Shown here: positions 33,369 through 42,132 of the stretch, piece by piece | Position numbering within the stretch: the first letter of the stretch is position 1 | Layout of the letters: the number at the start of each line of letters is the position of its first letter | Virus record (IMG/VR): IMGVR_UViG_3300029582_000014 | Length of the DNA stretch: 48,695 bases | From: a virus | Direction: 5' to 3' (one strand) | Program-made: the position numbers and the translations under genes | The notes under the pieces: generated by a model | Told to the model about the DNA's origin: nothing | Databases searched by the model: none | The model's input: only the letters and a program-made list of their open reading frames with translations

Positions 33369-33941
33369 ATGAAAAAGTTTGAAATTGGCAAGGAATACTT
33401 CGACCGTAGCGCCTGCAATTACGATTGCATTTTCACTATCAAGATCATCAAGCGCACCGAAAAAACCGTCACGTTTGAGCGTCACGGCAAAACCCGCCGG
33501 GCAAAACTGTTCTGCGACGACCGCGGCGAATACATCATTCCCGACCGCTATTCTATGGCCCCGGTTTTCCGTGCTGAATGCGAGGTTCAGCCGGAGGAAG
33601 AGGCCCCCGCCGCGGAGGAATCCACCGTTTCCGCTCCCGCGGAGGACGTGGCCCCCTCTAACGTCGTCACCATTTCCCAGCCCGCCGACGATAGCACCGT
33701 GATTGTGATGATCGGCCAGCGCGTCGAACGCGTCTGCGGTGCCTGCTACCCTGTGGAGGGCGGAACGGTCATCGGCTTTGAAGATGTCCCCGACGGGCGG
33801 TTCTTCCGCGGCGGCGTGTTCGCGTGGATTCGCTGGGACGACTGCCCGGACCATCCCGAACGGGTCCGCCTCTCCGACATTCACCGCCGCGGCTGGCGGT
33901 CCGCGGGCGGCTCCGCGCTGGGCGTGTTCGTGGCCGGATAA
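33369..33941 (+). CDS. Hypothetical protein (190 aa)
   Basis: ATG at 33369 after gggaggtaatcac. No family recognised. Confidence 0.65.
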   Translation: MKKFEIGKEYFDRSACNYDCIFTIKIIKRTEKTVTFERHGKTRRAKLFCDDRGEYIIPDRYSMAPVFRAECEVQPEEEAPAAEESTVSAPAEDVAPSNVVTISQPADDSTVIVMIGQRVERVCGACYPVEGGTVIGFEDVPDGRFFRGGVFAWIRWDDCPDHPERVRLSDIHRRGWRSAGGSALGVFVAG

Positions 33942-33947
33942 ACAACC

Positions 33948-33974
33948 GGGGCGGCGCAAGCCGCCGCCCCTTTT
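33948..33974 (+). terminator. Intrinsic terminator or attenuator
   Basis: Arms ggggcggcg / cgccgcccc (9 bp) followed by TTTT. Confidence 0.6.
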
Positions 33975-33994
33975 CAAAGAATGGAGGAATCGCA

Positions 33995-34285
33995 ATGAAA
34001 TCATATAAGGGCTATTCCCGCGCACAACTGATCGACATTTTGGCCGATTACGCCGTTTTTACTGCAACCGTCAACAACCAGCACGGCGGCACGCTCCAAA
34101 ATACCAACAAGGGCGATTATGTTGGGCTTTATAGCACCTACCCCATGACCTCCCGGAAATGCCCCGCATTCTCCCTGTCTGTTATGTTTGACCGCATGAA
34201 CGCAGAGATCGCAAAGGCGGCGGAAATTGCTTCTTTCTGCGTTCCTTCCGCTAAAGAAGGGAGGCGGCGGCTCCGTGGCGAATAA
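33995..34285 (+). CDS. Hypothetical protein (96 aa)
   Basis: ATG at 33995 after ggaggaatcgca. Confidence 0.6.
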   Translation: MKSYKGYSRAQLIDILADYAVFTATVNNQHGGTLQNTNKGDYVGLYSTYPMTSRKCPAFSLSVMFDRMNAEIAKAAEIASFCVPSAKEGRRRLRGE

Positions 34286-34295
34286 GCCCCACCGC

Positions 34296-34601
34296 ATGAC
34301 CCGGACGGCCCGCACCCGCTCCCGCAAGTTTGCGGGGCGGTGTGAGGCTTGCGGAAAGCCCCTTTGCAGTTGCCGGGCGTACCAGTATACCGACGAAAGC
34401 AACGGTGCAATCACCGCAAACGCCCCTTTCCTTTGCCGGGAGTGCTACGAAACCCGCTACGGGGTGAAGATACCGACGGAGGTTGACGCATACAAGGCCC
34501 GCTTGCTGGGCGCGCTGGGCCGCTATTCGGAGTGGACCACGGACGCGTCCGCCCGCGATCTGGTGTTTCGCATTATGCGCCTGATCGAAAATACCGATTG
34601 A
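34296..34601 (+). CDS. Hypothetical Cys-rich protein (alternative GTG start at 34275)
   Basis: Sequence reads CEACGKPLCSC...CRECY. The RBS gaagggagg lies upstream of the GTG at 34275. Confidence 0.55.
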   Translation: MTRTARTRSRKFAGRCEACGKPLCSCRAYQYTDESNGAITANAPFLCRECYETRYGVKIPTEVDAYKARLLGALGRYSEWTTDASARDLVFRIMRLIENTD

Positions 34602-34605
34602 CCAT

Positions 34606-34642
34606 GCGCCGCCGACCTCCCACGGCGGCGCAAATCTTTTTC
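34606..34642 (+). terminator. Intrinsic terminator
   Basis: Arms gcgccgccg / cggcggcgc (9 bp, perfect) with an 8-nt loop, then aaatcttttt. Confidence 0.7.
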
Positions 34643-34662
34643 AAATTTTTTCGTTTTCCCTC

Positions 34663-34691
34663 TTGACTTTATACTAACGTTAGTATATAAT
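34663..34691 (+). promoter_or_regulatory. Promoter TTGACT, 17-nt spacer, TATAAT, with palindromic operator 34671..34686 inside the spacer
   Basis: Read directly. 34668..34706 is an exact 39-bp copy of 33199..33237. Confidence 0.7.
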
Positions 34692-34730
34692 CATAATCAG
34701 AAAGAGCGAAACGAACGGAGGTTTTCAAAA

Positions 34731-35144
34731 ATGAAAAGAACCATGAATAAAATCCAGAAATCCTACATGACCGCAAAAGCCCGCGTTCAGGAAGTGGAAT
34801 CCCAGCAAGAGGCCATCGAAAAGAAGTACATTGCCGACAACGGTATTGTCAACCCGGACGGCTCCGTTCCCGAATTCCTGTACTGCATGGACGACGACGC
34901 GGCCTTTGAAAAGGCAAACGACGAATGCGCCGCATTGATCGCCGCCGCTGGTCTGGAAGCGGCCCTGCTTTCCGCCCGCTCCGACCTGAAAGCGGCGGAA
35001 GATCGCCTGATTTCCTACGGCCTGTCTCTTGCCCCCGCCGGGGTCCGGGCCACGCTGGAAGGGGCCGTTCAGCGCAACGCCGCCACCCGTGCAAAGGTCC
35101 TTGATCTCGCGTTCCGGCTTGATGTGTCCACGGTCCGCGCGTAA
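34731..35144 (+). CDS. Hypothetical protein (137 aa)
   Basis: ATG after acggaggttttcaaaa. Confidence 0.65.
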   Translation: MKRTMNKIQKSYMTAKARVQEVESQQEAIEKKYIADNGIVNPDGSVPEFLYCMDDDAAFEKANDECAALIAAAGLEAALLSARSDLKAAEDRLISYGLSLAPAGVRATLEGAVQRNAATRAKVLDLAFRLDVSTVRA

Positions 35145-35200
35145 GATAAAAGCGGGCGGCGTAAACCGCCGCCCGCCCCATCAGAGAAAGGGGAATTGGT

Positions 35201-35431
35201 ATGAACAAAATCCGCCGCAAGGCCCTTCAAGAAATCTTCGATAAGCTGTCCGCCCTCTCTGACGAACTCGAATCCATCAAAGAGGAAGAGGACGAAAGCC
35301 GGGAGAATATGCCCGAAAGTCTGCAAGGTTCGGAACGCTATGAACAGTCTGAATCTGCCTCATACAGCATTGATGAAGCGATAGAATCCATCTCTTCCGC
35401 GTGTGACAGTATCGAAAGCGCAATGGAGTAA
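35201..35431 (+). CDS. Small, very acidic hypothetical protein (76 aa)
   Basis: ATG after aaaggggaattggt. Glu/Asp/Ser-rich (..ELESIKEEEDESRENMPESLQGSERYEQSE..). Confidence 0.55.
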   Translation: MNKIRRKALQEIFDKLSALSDELESIKEEEDESRENMPESLQGSERYEQSESASYSIDEAIESISSACDSIESAME

Positions 35432-36604
35432 ACAAAAAAGCCCGCCGGGGGTATTGGAGGCCCCGCCGGGCTTCGTGGCCGTTCCTGCGCCTCCTGTGGC
35501 CGTCTCCGCGGTGTCGTAGGTGATATAGGGTAACTTTCCGTGTTTGGTCCACCTGCGCCCGTTCAGGCCGGAGATAGCGCCGATATTCAGGCACGCCGTC
35601 ACCTGCACACAGTTCTTGAACGCCGGGGAACATTCGATCACCTTTCCGCCGCCGATGTAAACGCCGATATGACCTTTCAGCCACACAGCTTCCCCCGGAA
35701 TAATCTTGCTGAAATCGGTTGACAGGCCGGAACACTTCGTAATCATCGTGTCGGCCCCGATGTCCGGCACGCCGCCGGAGGCATAGGACGCGCCGCCGTA
35801 GGTTTTGGACGCGTCGCCGCACCAGCCCCACAGCACGCCTTTAATCAGGCACACGCAGTCGAATCCATAGACAGGTGGATTCTTGTTTGCCGCGGCCTTA
35901 ATCATTGCCGTTCGTGCCGCCTGCTTGTTGTAACTGTGGTTTGTGCAATACCGAGACACATTTCCCCCGGTCAGGGGCGCGCCAAAGCACCCCATGACAT
36001 AAAGGGTTTTGTAATGGTCCACGATGTCTTGCAGTTTCTCAATGAATTCAGACGCTTTCATTTTCCCGTCTCCCTTCGCGTCTGCGGGGCTTCCCGCCCC
36101 CGCCGTGGTATTTGACCCGCCGCCTGCTCCGGCCTGTCCTGCGCCGTCGTAGGCCGTTAGGCCGTATGATTCGATAAGCCGAATCAGCTTGTCCGCGTAC
36201 TGCGGGTCCGTGGCATAGCCCGCCGCCTTGATCGCCCGGCAAGCGGTTTTATAGTCCCGCTCCCCGATGACGGCTTTGTACCGGGCCGCGCCCGTGAGTA
36301 ATGCCGAATGGTCCGCCACGCTCTCTTCCCAACTGTCGTATGCCCGGAAAAGGGCCGTCACGGTGGTAAAGTTCACGCCGTCGTAACACTCTTGCGTTTT
36401 TGTGCTGTAAACGCGTCCCTTCCAGCTTGTCCCGGCCTTGATACCGAACAGGGCGTTTGCCTTGACGGTCAGCCCGGATTTACCCCAGCCGCTTTCCAAG
36501 ATCGCCTGTGCGATAGTCAAGGAGGCAAGCACGCCGCTTTTCTGCATATCTGCCGCGGCCAGCGCGCCCACCCGCTCGATAAATGATTTCTGTTCCTGTG
36601 TCAT
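35360..36604 (-). CDS. Endolysin: N-terminal GH73 glucosaminidase plus C-terminal NlpC/P60-type peptidase
   Basis: Contains AQAILESGWGKS..FGIK (GH73) and GFDCVCLIKGVLWG..GHIGVYIGGGKVIE (Cys/His peptidase). The 3' end overlaps the convergent gene. Confidence 0.85.
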   Translation of the reverse strand: MTQEQKSFIERVGALAAADMQKSGVLASLTIAQAILESGWGKSGLTVKANALFGIKAGTSWKGRVYSTKTQECYDGVNFTTVTALFRAYDSWEESVADHSALLTGAARYKAVIGERDYKTACRAIKAAGYATDPQYADKLIRLIESYGLTAYDGAGQAGAGGGSNTTAGAGSPADAKGDGKMKASEFIEKLQDIVDHYKTLYVMGCFGAPLTGGNVSRYCTNHSYNKQAARTAMIKAAANKNPPVYGFDCVCLIKGVLWGWCGDASKTYGGASYASGGVPDIGADTMITKCSGLSTDFSKIIPGEAVWLKGHIGVYIGGGKVIECSPAFKNCVQVTACLNIGAISGLNGRRWTKHGKLPYITYDTAETATGGAGTATKPGGASNTPGGLFCLLHCAFDTVTRGRDGFYRFINAV

Positions 36605-36617
36605 TGGTGTTCCTCCG

Positions 36618-36986
36618 CTATGGCTGAATATTGTTCAGGTCCACGGGTATTCCCTCCGTCGCCGTCGGGTTCGCCCGCTTGATCTTCACAACGTTTTCCG
36701 CCTTTGCTTTCCACGAATAAAAGCCGATAGCCGTTGCCGCCGGGGTCCCTACGTAGGCAAGAAACACGCCTAATTGGTTTGGGTCCAGAATGACGGCCCG
36801 CGCGCCGACGATAAACCCCGCAAAATAGGTCAAAAGCACCGCCGAAAGAACCAGCTTTGAAAATTCGATCTTCCGGCGGTCCTGCTCCTTCTTCCGGCGG
36901 CTTCGCCGTCCCCCGAATAGGAGGACCGCGGCAATTCCGCCCGCAAGCCCGGCGGCGGCGCTTATGATGTACTGCACGTCCCGCAC
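36618..36986 (-). CDS. Holin-like membrane protein
   Basis: 122 aa with several predicted TM segments, immediately upstream of the endolysin. Confidence 0.55.
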   Translation of the reverse strand: MRDVQYIISAAAGLAGGIAAVLLFGGRRSRRKKEQDRRKIEFSKLVLSAVLLTYFAGFIVGARAVILDPNQLGVFLAYVGTPAATAIGFYSWKAKAENVVKIKRANPTATEGIPVDLNNIQP

Positions 36987-36992
36987 CGCCTT

Positions 36993-37421
36993 TCATAAAA
37001 AATCGTGTTTAATCAAGCGGTCGTCGTACACCCGCTTGATATTGGCAACCGCGTGAACGGCGCGGTTGTTTTTGTAGTCCGGGTGACTTTCGCAATACTG
37101 TTCGTAAAAGTCAATTTCGCTTAAAACCTCTATGAACTCTTCCCGCGTGTGGGGAATATCCCTTAAAAGTTCGTTGTTGAACCGCAAGATCGCGGCCCGG
37201 TGCATATCCGCATTTCGCGCGTCGTCTGTCCTGATGTGGTCATCAAGGGCTTTCCGGGTAGCTTCCAGCTTTTCGATCACGTCCCCATTGATCGCCCGCC
37301 CGATTGCTTTTCCAATGGCCGACCACGGGTTGATCTTAATGGGGGAAATCTCCACCAGCGCCAGAAGCAGGACAACGGCCCCAATAATTCCGCCCCCGGA
37401 AAGTAATTCTTTGATTGTCAC
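36993..37421 (-). CDS. Lysis-cassette protein with an N-terminal TM anchor
   Basis: 142 aa. The hydrophobic N-terminus reads GGGIIGAVVLLLALVEI. Confidence 0.6.
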   Translation of the reverse strand: MTIKELLSGGGIIGAVVLLLALVEISPIKINPWSAIGKAIGRAINGDVIEKLEATRKALDDHIRTDDARNADMHRAAILRFNNELLRDIPHTREEFIEVLSEIDFYEQYCESHPDYKNNRAVHAVANIKRVYDDRLIKHDFL

Positions 37422-37426
37422 GCCCT

Positions 37427-37903
37427 TTACCTCCCGTGGACAAAATCACTGTAAACGCTTTTCAGCGAATATGGTTTAACGTCGGGCGGTTCTCCGCTTT
37501 CTCCGTAAACTGCCCGTTCGTATTCCCATATCAGAAACCGGGCCGTGTCCTCCGCCCAAATCGCAAGGGGCATAATAAGAAACCACAGCAGGCCGAACGC
37601 CGGGCATACCTGCCCCAGCAGGTTTCCCGGTTGGTTGCTGTAATCCCATACGCCAAGCCCTAACCAGAGGTTCAGAACGCACCCGCTTACAAACTCTACC
37701 GCAAGCACGATCAACGCCCCGGCCACCGATTGAACGATGACCGGGGCGCGGTAGAATCCGGGCCGCTGGTTGATTTCCCCCACAAGCACCCCGCAAAGCC
37801 CGCCTACAATCAGCATGGACGGGTGAGAGTACCCCCGGAAGCAGGTTTCAAGGGCCACATATACGCACCCCAGCGCGGCCCAAATAGTCAATATGCGTTT
37901 CAT
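37427..37903 (-). CDS. Polytopic membrane protein
   Basis: 158 aa with 4-5 hydrophobic helices. Confidence 0.65.
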   Translation of the reverse strand: MKRILTIWAALGCVYVALETCFRGYSHPSMLIVGGLCGVLVGEINQRPGFYRAPVIVQSVAGALIVLAVEFVSGCVLNLWLGLGVWDYSNQPGNLLGQVCPAFGLLWFLIMPLAIWAEDTARFLIWEYERAVYGESGEPPDVKPYSLKSVYSDFVHGR

Positions 37904-38388
37904 TTCGTACCACCACCCGCGGCCTCAATGATTGCCGCCATGCTTGCGGCAAGGTCTTCCGGAAGTTCCGCGCCGTATGTGATCGCCTCCACTTCGTCCA
38001 GTCCCGCCCGCGCAATCCACGCGTTTACATGGTTGCAGTAGGTCCGGTGATAGAAGATGTGCGCCGTCGCCGCCGTCGAAATTTCCGTGAATTCCTGCGC
38101 TGTAAACATTCGGCACAGTTCCCCGTCCGCGTGATAGGGGACCGCTTCGGCCCCCTCCTTTACGAACGTGTATTGTGCCATGATTTCCGTTTGGTCGTGT
38201 TCTGTCAAGCTGAAATGCTTTCCGCCCACGTCAATTCCCGCATAGATTGCCGCAGAACACGCAAGGCCGATTTCCTCTTTCTTTGCCTCCCGCACCTGTG
38301 CAATGTCGGTCCAGTCGTCGGGGGGCTTAATGCCCAGCCGGACAAGTCGCAGATTCCGAATACTATCTTCTTTGTGCTGTACGCTCAT
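37900..38388 (-). CDS. Putative tail-fibre assembly or accessory protein
   Basis: 162 aa. ATGA-coupled to the end of the DGR target gene. Positioned like P2 gpG. Confidence 0.55.
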   Translation of the reverse strand: MSVQHKEDSIRNLRLVRLGIKPPDDWTDIAQVREAKKEEIGLACSAAIYAGIDVGGKHFSLTEHDQTEIMAQYTFVKEGAEAVPYHADGELCRMFTAQEFTEISTAATAHIFYHRTYCNHVNAWIARAGLDEVEAITYGAELPEDLAASMAAIIEAAGGGTK

Positions 38389-40103
38389 TCAAAATTCCCC
38401 CCAACAGAAGAAATAAAGCAATCTCCGCTTGCGCCGTTGCGCTTCACCTTGATTCGGAAGTTGAATCCCCAGCTTTCCGCCGTCTTTGTCTCATTGGAAA
38501 AGAAAAACTTGCTCCCGCTGTTCACCGCCTGCGTCACGTCCTCCCACGTGGGGGAATCGTCGTTGCCGTTGTTGCACACTTCCACGGTAAATTCCGCGCC
38601 CGCGGGAATCTGCCGGGTGACGCTCATAATTGCTTTTGTAATCATAGCGTCCGCCGGAAGCGGGGTTGCAAGGGTGATTTCAATTTCCGTTTCGTTCTTG
38701 CTGAACGTATAAGTCCGGGTCGCGGCTCCGCCGTAATTGTCTGTTGCCGTGATCGTCAGCGTGTGGGACCCATTGGACAGCTTCACCCATTCGTCCGCTG
38801 TCACGTTGAACGTGTATTCCTGCCCGCTGGTCGCCGTGTAGGACCGCTTTTGCACGCCGTCGATCTTCTCAACAACGGTGATCGTCTGGCCGCTGTCTAC
38901 GTCCGTAACCGTGTACGCCTGTGAGAACGCCCCGGTCTTTGCCCCAAGGTCCGAATCACTCCCGCTGATCGTTGGCGGCGTGTTGTTCACCACGGTTCGG
39001 GTCTTGCTTGTGGTGTTGGCCGATTCCGCGCCCGCGCTGTCGTAAGCCCGGACCCGGTATGCAACGCTTGTCCAACCAAAGGTGATATTGTCCGTGTAAT
39101 TCCGGTTGATTCCCTTGTAGACCTGCGCCCAGCTTCCGCCGTTGTTCTGCCGCTCCAAAATGTACCCCGACAGGTTCCCGTCCGCGTCGGTGGAGGCCCC
39201 CCAGCTAATTTCAAGGGTGGACCCGCCGCGCACCGTCTCCGGGACCGTGATTGTGGACGGGGCGGAGGGGGCGCGGTTCCAAATGATCGTGTATGCGCCG
39301 TCCGAATCCTGGTTATCAGATACCAAGATGTCAGATTTGATATTACAAAGCGGGCGAACGCCCCCGTAGCCGCGGTACGCATTGAGCCAGTTCAAAGCGC
39401 CGGAGGAATAGACGTCGCGGACGTAGTAAGAGTTGGACGCATAGGCATCCGCCAGCCACCAGTACCAAGGCGAATTTGCATTCAAACTGCTGTTTGTGTA
39501 CTCGCTCTTGCTGACCGCCTCCGCCGTCGGCTTCGCCTGCCGGGAAGCGTCGTTGCTGAATATGGCCAGTTTGCTTCCGGCGGTCACGTCGCCGGACAAG
39601 CCCACTTCCGTACAGGTCGCAAGGAAGATTTTGTCCGTGCAACTCTCTGTTCCGCCTCCGTCCACCTGTGCTTTGCCGACGGTGTGGGTGGTGGTCAGCA
39701 GGGCGGCAAGGAAGTTCGCGGAGAACCCCGCTAAAAATCCCGCTTCCTGCTGGTATTCGTTGTAGTTGTCCCACACGTTCGCGTTGCTGGGCGGCGCGTC
39801 CTGCCCGTGCTGGGCCGAATACCACTGACCCGCCGCCGCTTGACTGTTCAGCCATTGGCGGATATTGGCATAAATCCATCGGTTATTTCCGTAGCGTTTC
39901 CGGTTGCTGTCGCTGTTGCCGCTCTCGATAGCGTCAAAGCATTTCAGCGAAATAATGCGTTCAGTAATCAGCGTGACGGAATTTGCGGGGTAGCCCGCAT
40001 GGTTCTTGTCCGCGATCTTCCAAACAATCGCCTTGCCGTTGTATAGCGTTCCGGTGTCCTTTACCAGCGCGCCCGCGGCAAGCGAACTCAACGCCTTTGC
40101 CAT
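38385..40103 (-). CDS. DGR variable protein 1: fibre/receptor-binding-like protein (572 aa) with an N-terminal variable lectin-like domain, FN3 and beta-rich C-terminal domains
   Basis: Contains VR1 at aa ~222-253 (..AYASNSYYVRDVYSSGALNWLNAYRGYGGVRPLC..). An FN3-like segment follows (PSAPSTITVPETVRGGSTLEISWGAS..YRVRAYDSAG). RBS is aaggagtgaaggaacATG. Confidence 0.9.
   Translation of the reverse strand: MAKALSSLAAGALVKDTGTLYNGKAIVWKIADKNHAGYPANSVTLITERIISLKCFDAIESGNSDSNRKRYGNNRWIYANIRQWLNSQAAAGQWYSAQHGQDAPPSNANVWDNYNEYQQEAGFLAGFSANFLAALLTTTHTVGKAQVDGGGTESCTDKIFLATCTEVGLSGDVTAGSKLAIFSNDASRQAKPTAEAVSKSEYTNSSLNANSPWYWWLADAYASNSYYVRDVYSSGALNWLNAYRGYGGVRPLCNIKSDILVSDNQDSDGAYTIIWNRAPSAPSTITVPETVRGGSTLEISWGASTDADGNLSGYILERQNNGGSWAQVYKGINRNYTDNITFGWTSVAYRVRAYDSAGAESANTTSKTRTVVNNTPPTISGSDSDLGAKTGAFSQAYTVTDVDSGQTITVVEKIDGVQKRSYTATSGQEYTFNVTADEWVKLSNGSHTLTITATDNYGGAATRTYTFSKNETEIEITLATPLPADAMITKAIMSVTRQIPAGAEFTVEVCNNGNDDSPTWEDVTQAVNSGSKFFFSNETKTAESWGFNFRIKVKRNGASGDCFISSVGGNFE
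39346..39441 (-). repeat. DGR variable repeat VR1
   Basis: 96-nt near-copy of TR. The 10 differences all fall at TR adenines (coding strand). There is also one C/T difference near the 3' end. Confidence 0.9.
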
Positions 40104-41329
40104 GTTCCTTCACTCCTTGTCTGTTTTTCTCCCTCCGAAAGCGTGTTGCGCACTTCTTCGGGGCTTGCGAGGTAGCCGCAGAAATAGCTTTCTCCGGCGG
40201 TTCTCGCTTTTCGCTTCCCGTTCAGCCATACGCTTTCAGGGAAAAGGCTTCTGAAAATCTGGTCCGTTTCCCGGATAAGGTGATAGCAGTTTCCCTTTTC
40301 CGCGTGGCTCCGCCAGCTTCCGTAAGACTGTTCGATTGCCGCAAGGGTGATCTTCCCCTTGTCCAGTAACGCCCGCTGTTTCTTTAGCTTCCGTTTCTCA
40401 TTGCTCTTGCTTGCCCTCCTAACCTTGCGAACTACTTTGCCCGAATCGGTCAAATACGTATGGAATCCCAAGAAATCAATTCCGTTGCGCAACGGGAAAA
40501 TGTTGGTTTTGTGGTTCAGCGTCAGCCCCAGCCGGGCCACATACGCTTGAATTTCCCGGAGGCAATACTGCAAATATTCCTTGTCCTCATGGATTAAATA
40601 GAAGTCGTCCATATATCTTCCGTAATACCGGATTCCCAGCTTTTCTTTTATGAAATGGTCAAGTCCCGAAAGGTACATGACCGCGAACCATTGTGAAGTC
40701 TGGTTCCCAATGGGAATTCCGGGGTTTTCGGTGCTGTCAATTATCATGTCAACCAGCCACAGAACGTCCCGGTCGTGGATAAATTGACGCACCATGCGTT
40801 TCAGCTGTTCATGCTGAATCGAGTAGAAATACTTTGTGATGTCGCATTTCAGAACCCAGCCGTCCGCATAATGGGCGGCGCGCGGGTCGGGCCGCGGCAA
40901 CCCCTCCTCCCGGCACCGTTGTTCCTCCCGCGCTTTCCGCTCAAAATAATAGGACCGCATAAACTCTTCCAGTCTATACAGTCCGTCGTGGGTCCCGCGG
41001 CCCTCTTGCGACGCGTAGTTGCCGCGGATAAAGGTCCGGGAAAATGCAGGCTCTAAAACATTGTCACATAAAGAGTGCTGAACAACCTTGTCCTTGAACG
41101 CATTTGTCATTACAATACGTTCTTTCGGCTCATACACCCGGAAAACAAAATAGTCCGACACGGTGTACGTCTTGTTTTTCAGCATGATTGACAGCAGGCA
41201 GAGGGCTTCCAGCAGGTTAGCTTCAAACTTCGCCACGCTGGGCTTTCCCCTCTTGCCCCGGCGGGCCTTTAGAAACCCCGCGTACAGGTTCCCGAAATCA
41301 TGGACCCGCTCGAATTGGGTTTGTTGCAT
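40088..41329 (-). CDS. DGR reverse transcriptase
   Basis: ATG at 41329 after aaggagcaattttttatt. Carries the motifs IPIGNQTSQ (DGR-type I/LGxxxSQ) and YMDD. 413 aa. Its stop overlaps the target gene start by 16 nt. Confidence 0.9.
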   Translation of the reverse strand: MQQTQFERVHDFGNLYAGFLKARRGKRGKPSVAKFEANLLEALCLLSIMLKNKTYTVSDYFVFRVYEPKERIVMTNAFKDKVVQHSLCDNVLEPAFSRTFIRGNYASQEGRGTHDGLYRLEEFMRSYYFERKAREEQRCREEGLPRPDPRAAHYADGWVLKCDITKYFYSIQHEQLKRMVRQFIHDRDVLWLVDMIIDSTENPGIPIGNQTSQWFAVMYLSGLDHFIKEKLGIRYYGRYMDDFYLIHEDKEYLQYCLREIQAYVARLGLTLNHKTNIFPLRNGIDFLGFHTYLTDSGKVVRKVRRASKSNEKRKLKKQRALLDKGKITLAAIEQSYGSWRSHAEKGNCYHLIRETDQIFRSLFPESVWLNGKRKARTAGESYFCGYLASPEEVRNTLSEGEKQTRSEGTWQRR

Positions 41330-41583
41330 AATAAAAAATTGCTCCTTGCCGTGTATAGAATCCGCCTTGCGGCGGTCGCAGACGCGCCGCGCCTGCCGTC
41401 GCAATGCTTCATCATCGGACCCCACCACGCGCCCGCGGTGGGGCGGAAGCTGGTTCCCGTGGGCCTTGCTTCACCAATCTTGTATTTACCGTCATGCTGT
41501 CACCACGGCGGAGGGATACGGCTTCCTTTGATGGTGGTCCTCTGTTTTCAGCCGTTCGGCTTACTCATTTCGCGGTATTCCAC

Positions 41584-41679
41584 CAGAGCGGGCGAACGCC
41601 CCTGTTGCCGTTGTACGCATTGTTCCAGTTCAAAGCGCCGGAGGAATTGACGTTGCGGACGTTGTAAGAGTTGGACGCT
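41584..41679 (-). repeat. DGR template repeat (TR), non-coding
   Basis: Lies 33 nt after the avd stop and 254 nt before the RT start. It contains 22 adenines, including 9 AAY triplets in the VR reading frame. Confidence 0.9.
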
Positions 41680-41712
41680 ACAAGCCGTACCCCAAGAAAA
41701 ACGCCCCGGCGA

Positions 41713-42132
41713 TCACCGCCGCGGCGCGTTTCCTCTTTTCTGTTGCAGGGCGGCGAACCGCTCCCGGTCCTGCTTTTTCCACTTTGCTGTCATGCGCTTT
41801 ACGTCAAGGATATAATTTGACCATGCGGCGCATTGCTCCGCGGAAATCCGCTTGCATTCGTGGGAAAGCTCCACCAGAAACAGGGCGGTTTTGCACTCCG
41901 TCAACGCCTTTTTCTGTTCGTACTGCCGTTCCCGGAATTCCTGCGGGTCGGAAACGTCAAGTTCGTTCGCCTCCTGTACGTGCTGGAAGATGTCAAGCAC
42001 AAGATCGCAAACCCGGTTTGCAATCGTGAATCGGTATTTATTCGGAAACCTCTTCGCGGTCGCCATCTTGAACGTGTGCTTGACTAAATCCTTTGCCTTT
42101 ACAATGATGACGAACTCTTTTTCATCTGCCAC
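41713..42132 (-). CDS. avd: Avd-like accessory variability determinant (four-helix-bundle protein)
   Basis: Sequence ..IIVKAKDLVKHTFKMATAKRFPNKYRFTIANRVCDLVLDIFQHVQEAN.., small and basic, directly upstream of TR. The start is ambiguous (GTG 42132 or TTG 42165). Confidence 0.75.
   Translation of the reverse strand: MADEKEFVIIVKAKDLVKHTFKMATAKRFPNKYRFTIANRVCDLVLDIFQHVQEANELDVSDPQEFRERQYEQKKALTECKTALFLVELSHECKRISAEQCAAWSNYILDVKRMTAKWKKQDRERFAALQQKRGNAPRR

Noticed and set aside
40088-41428. The RT as a retron or group II intron reverse transcriptase
   Set aside because: There is an adjacent Avd-like gene. A non-coding TR has two A-only-divergent copies. The motif is IGNQTSQ rather than a group II or retron signature. 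I saw no intron RNA domains or msr/msd-like inverted repeats.
41330-41428. Longer RT start (446-aa ORF beginning at 41428)
   Set aside because: There is no RBS and the extension runs into the TR-RT spacer. The ATG at 41329 has an AAGGAG RBS and begins the conserved RT N-terminus.
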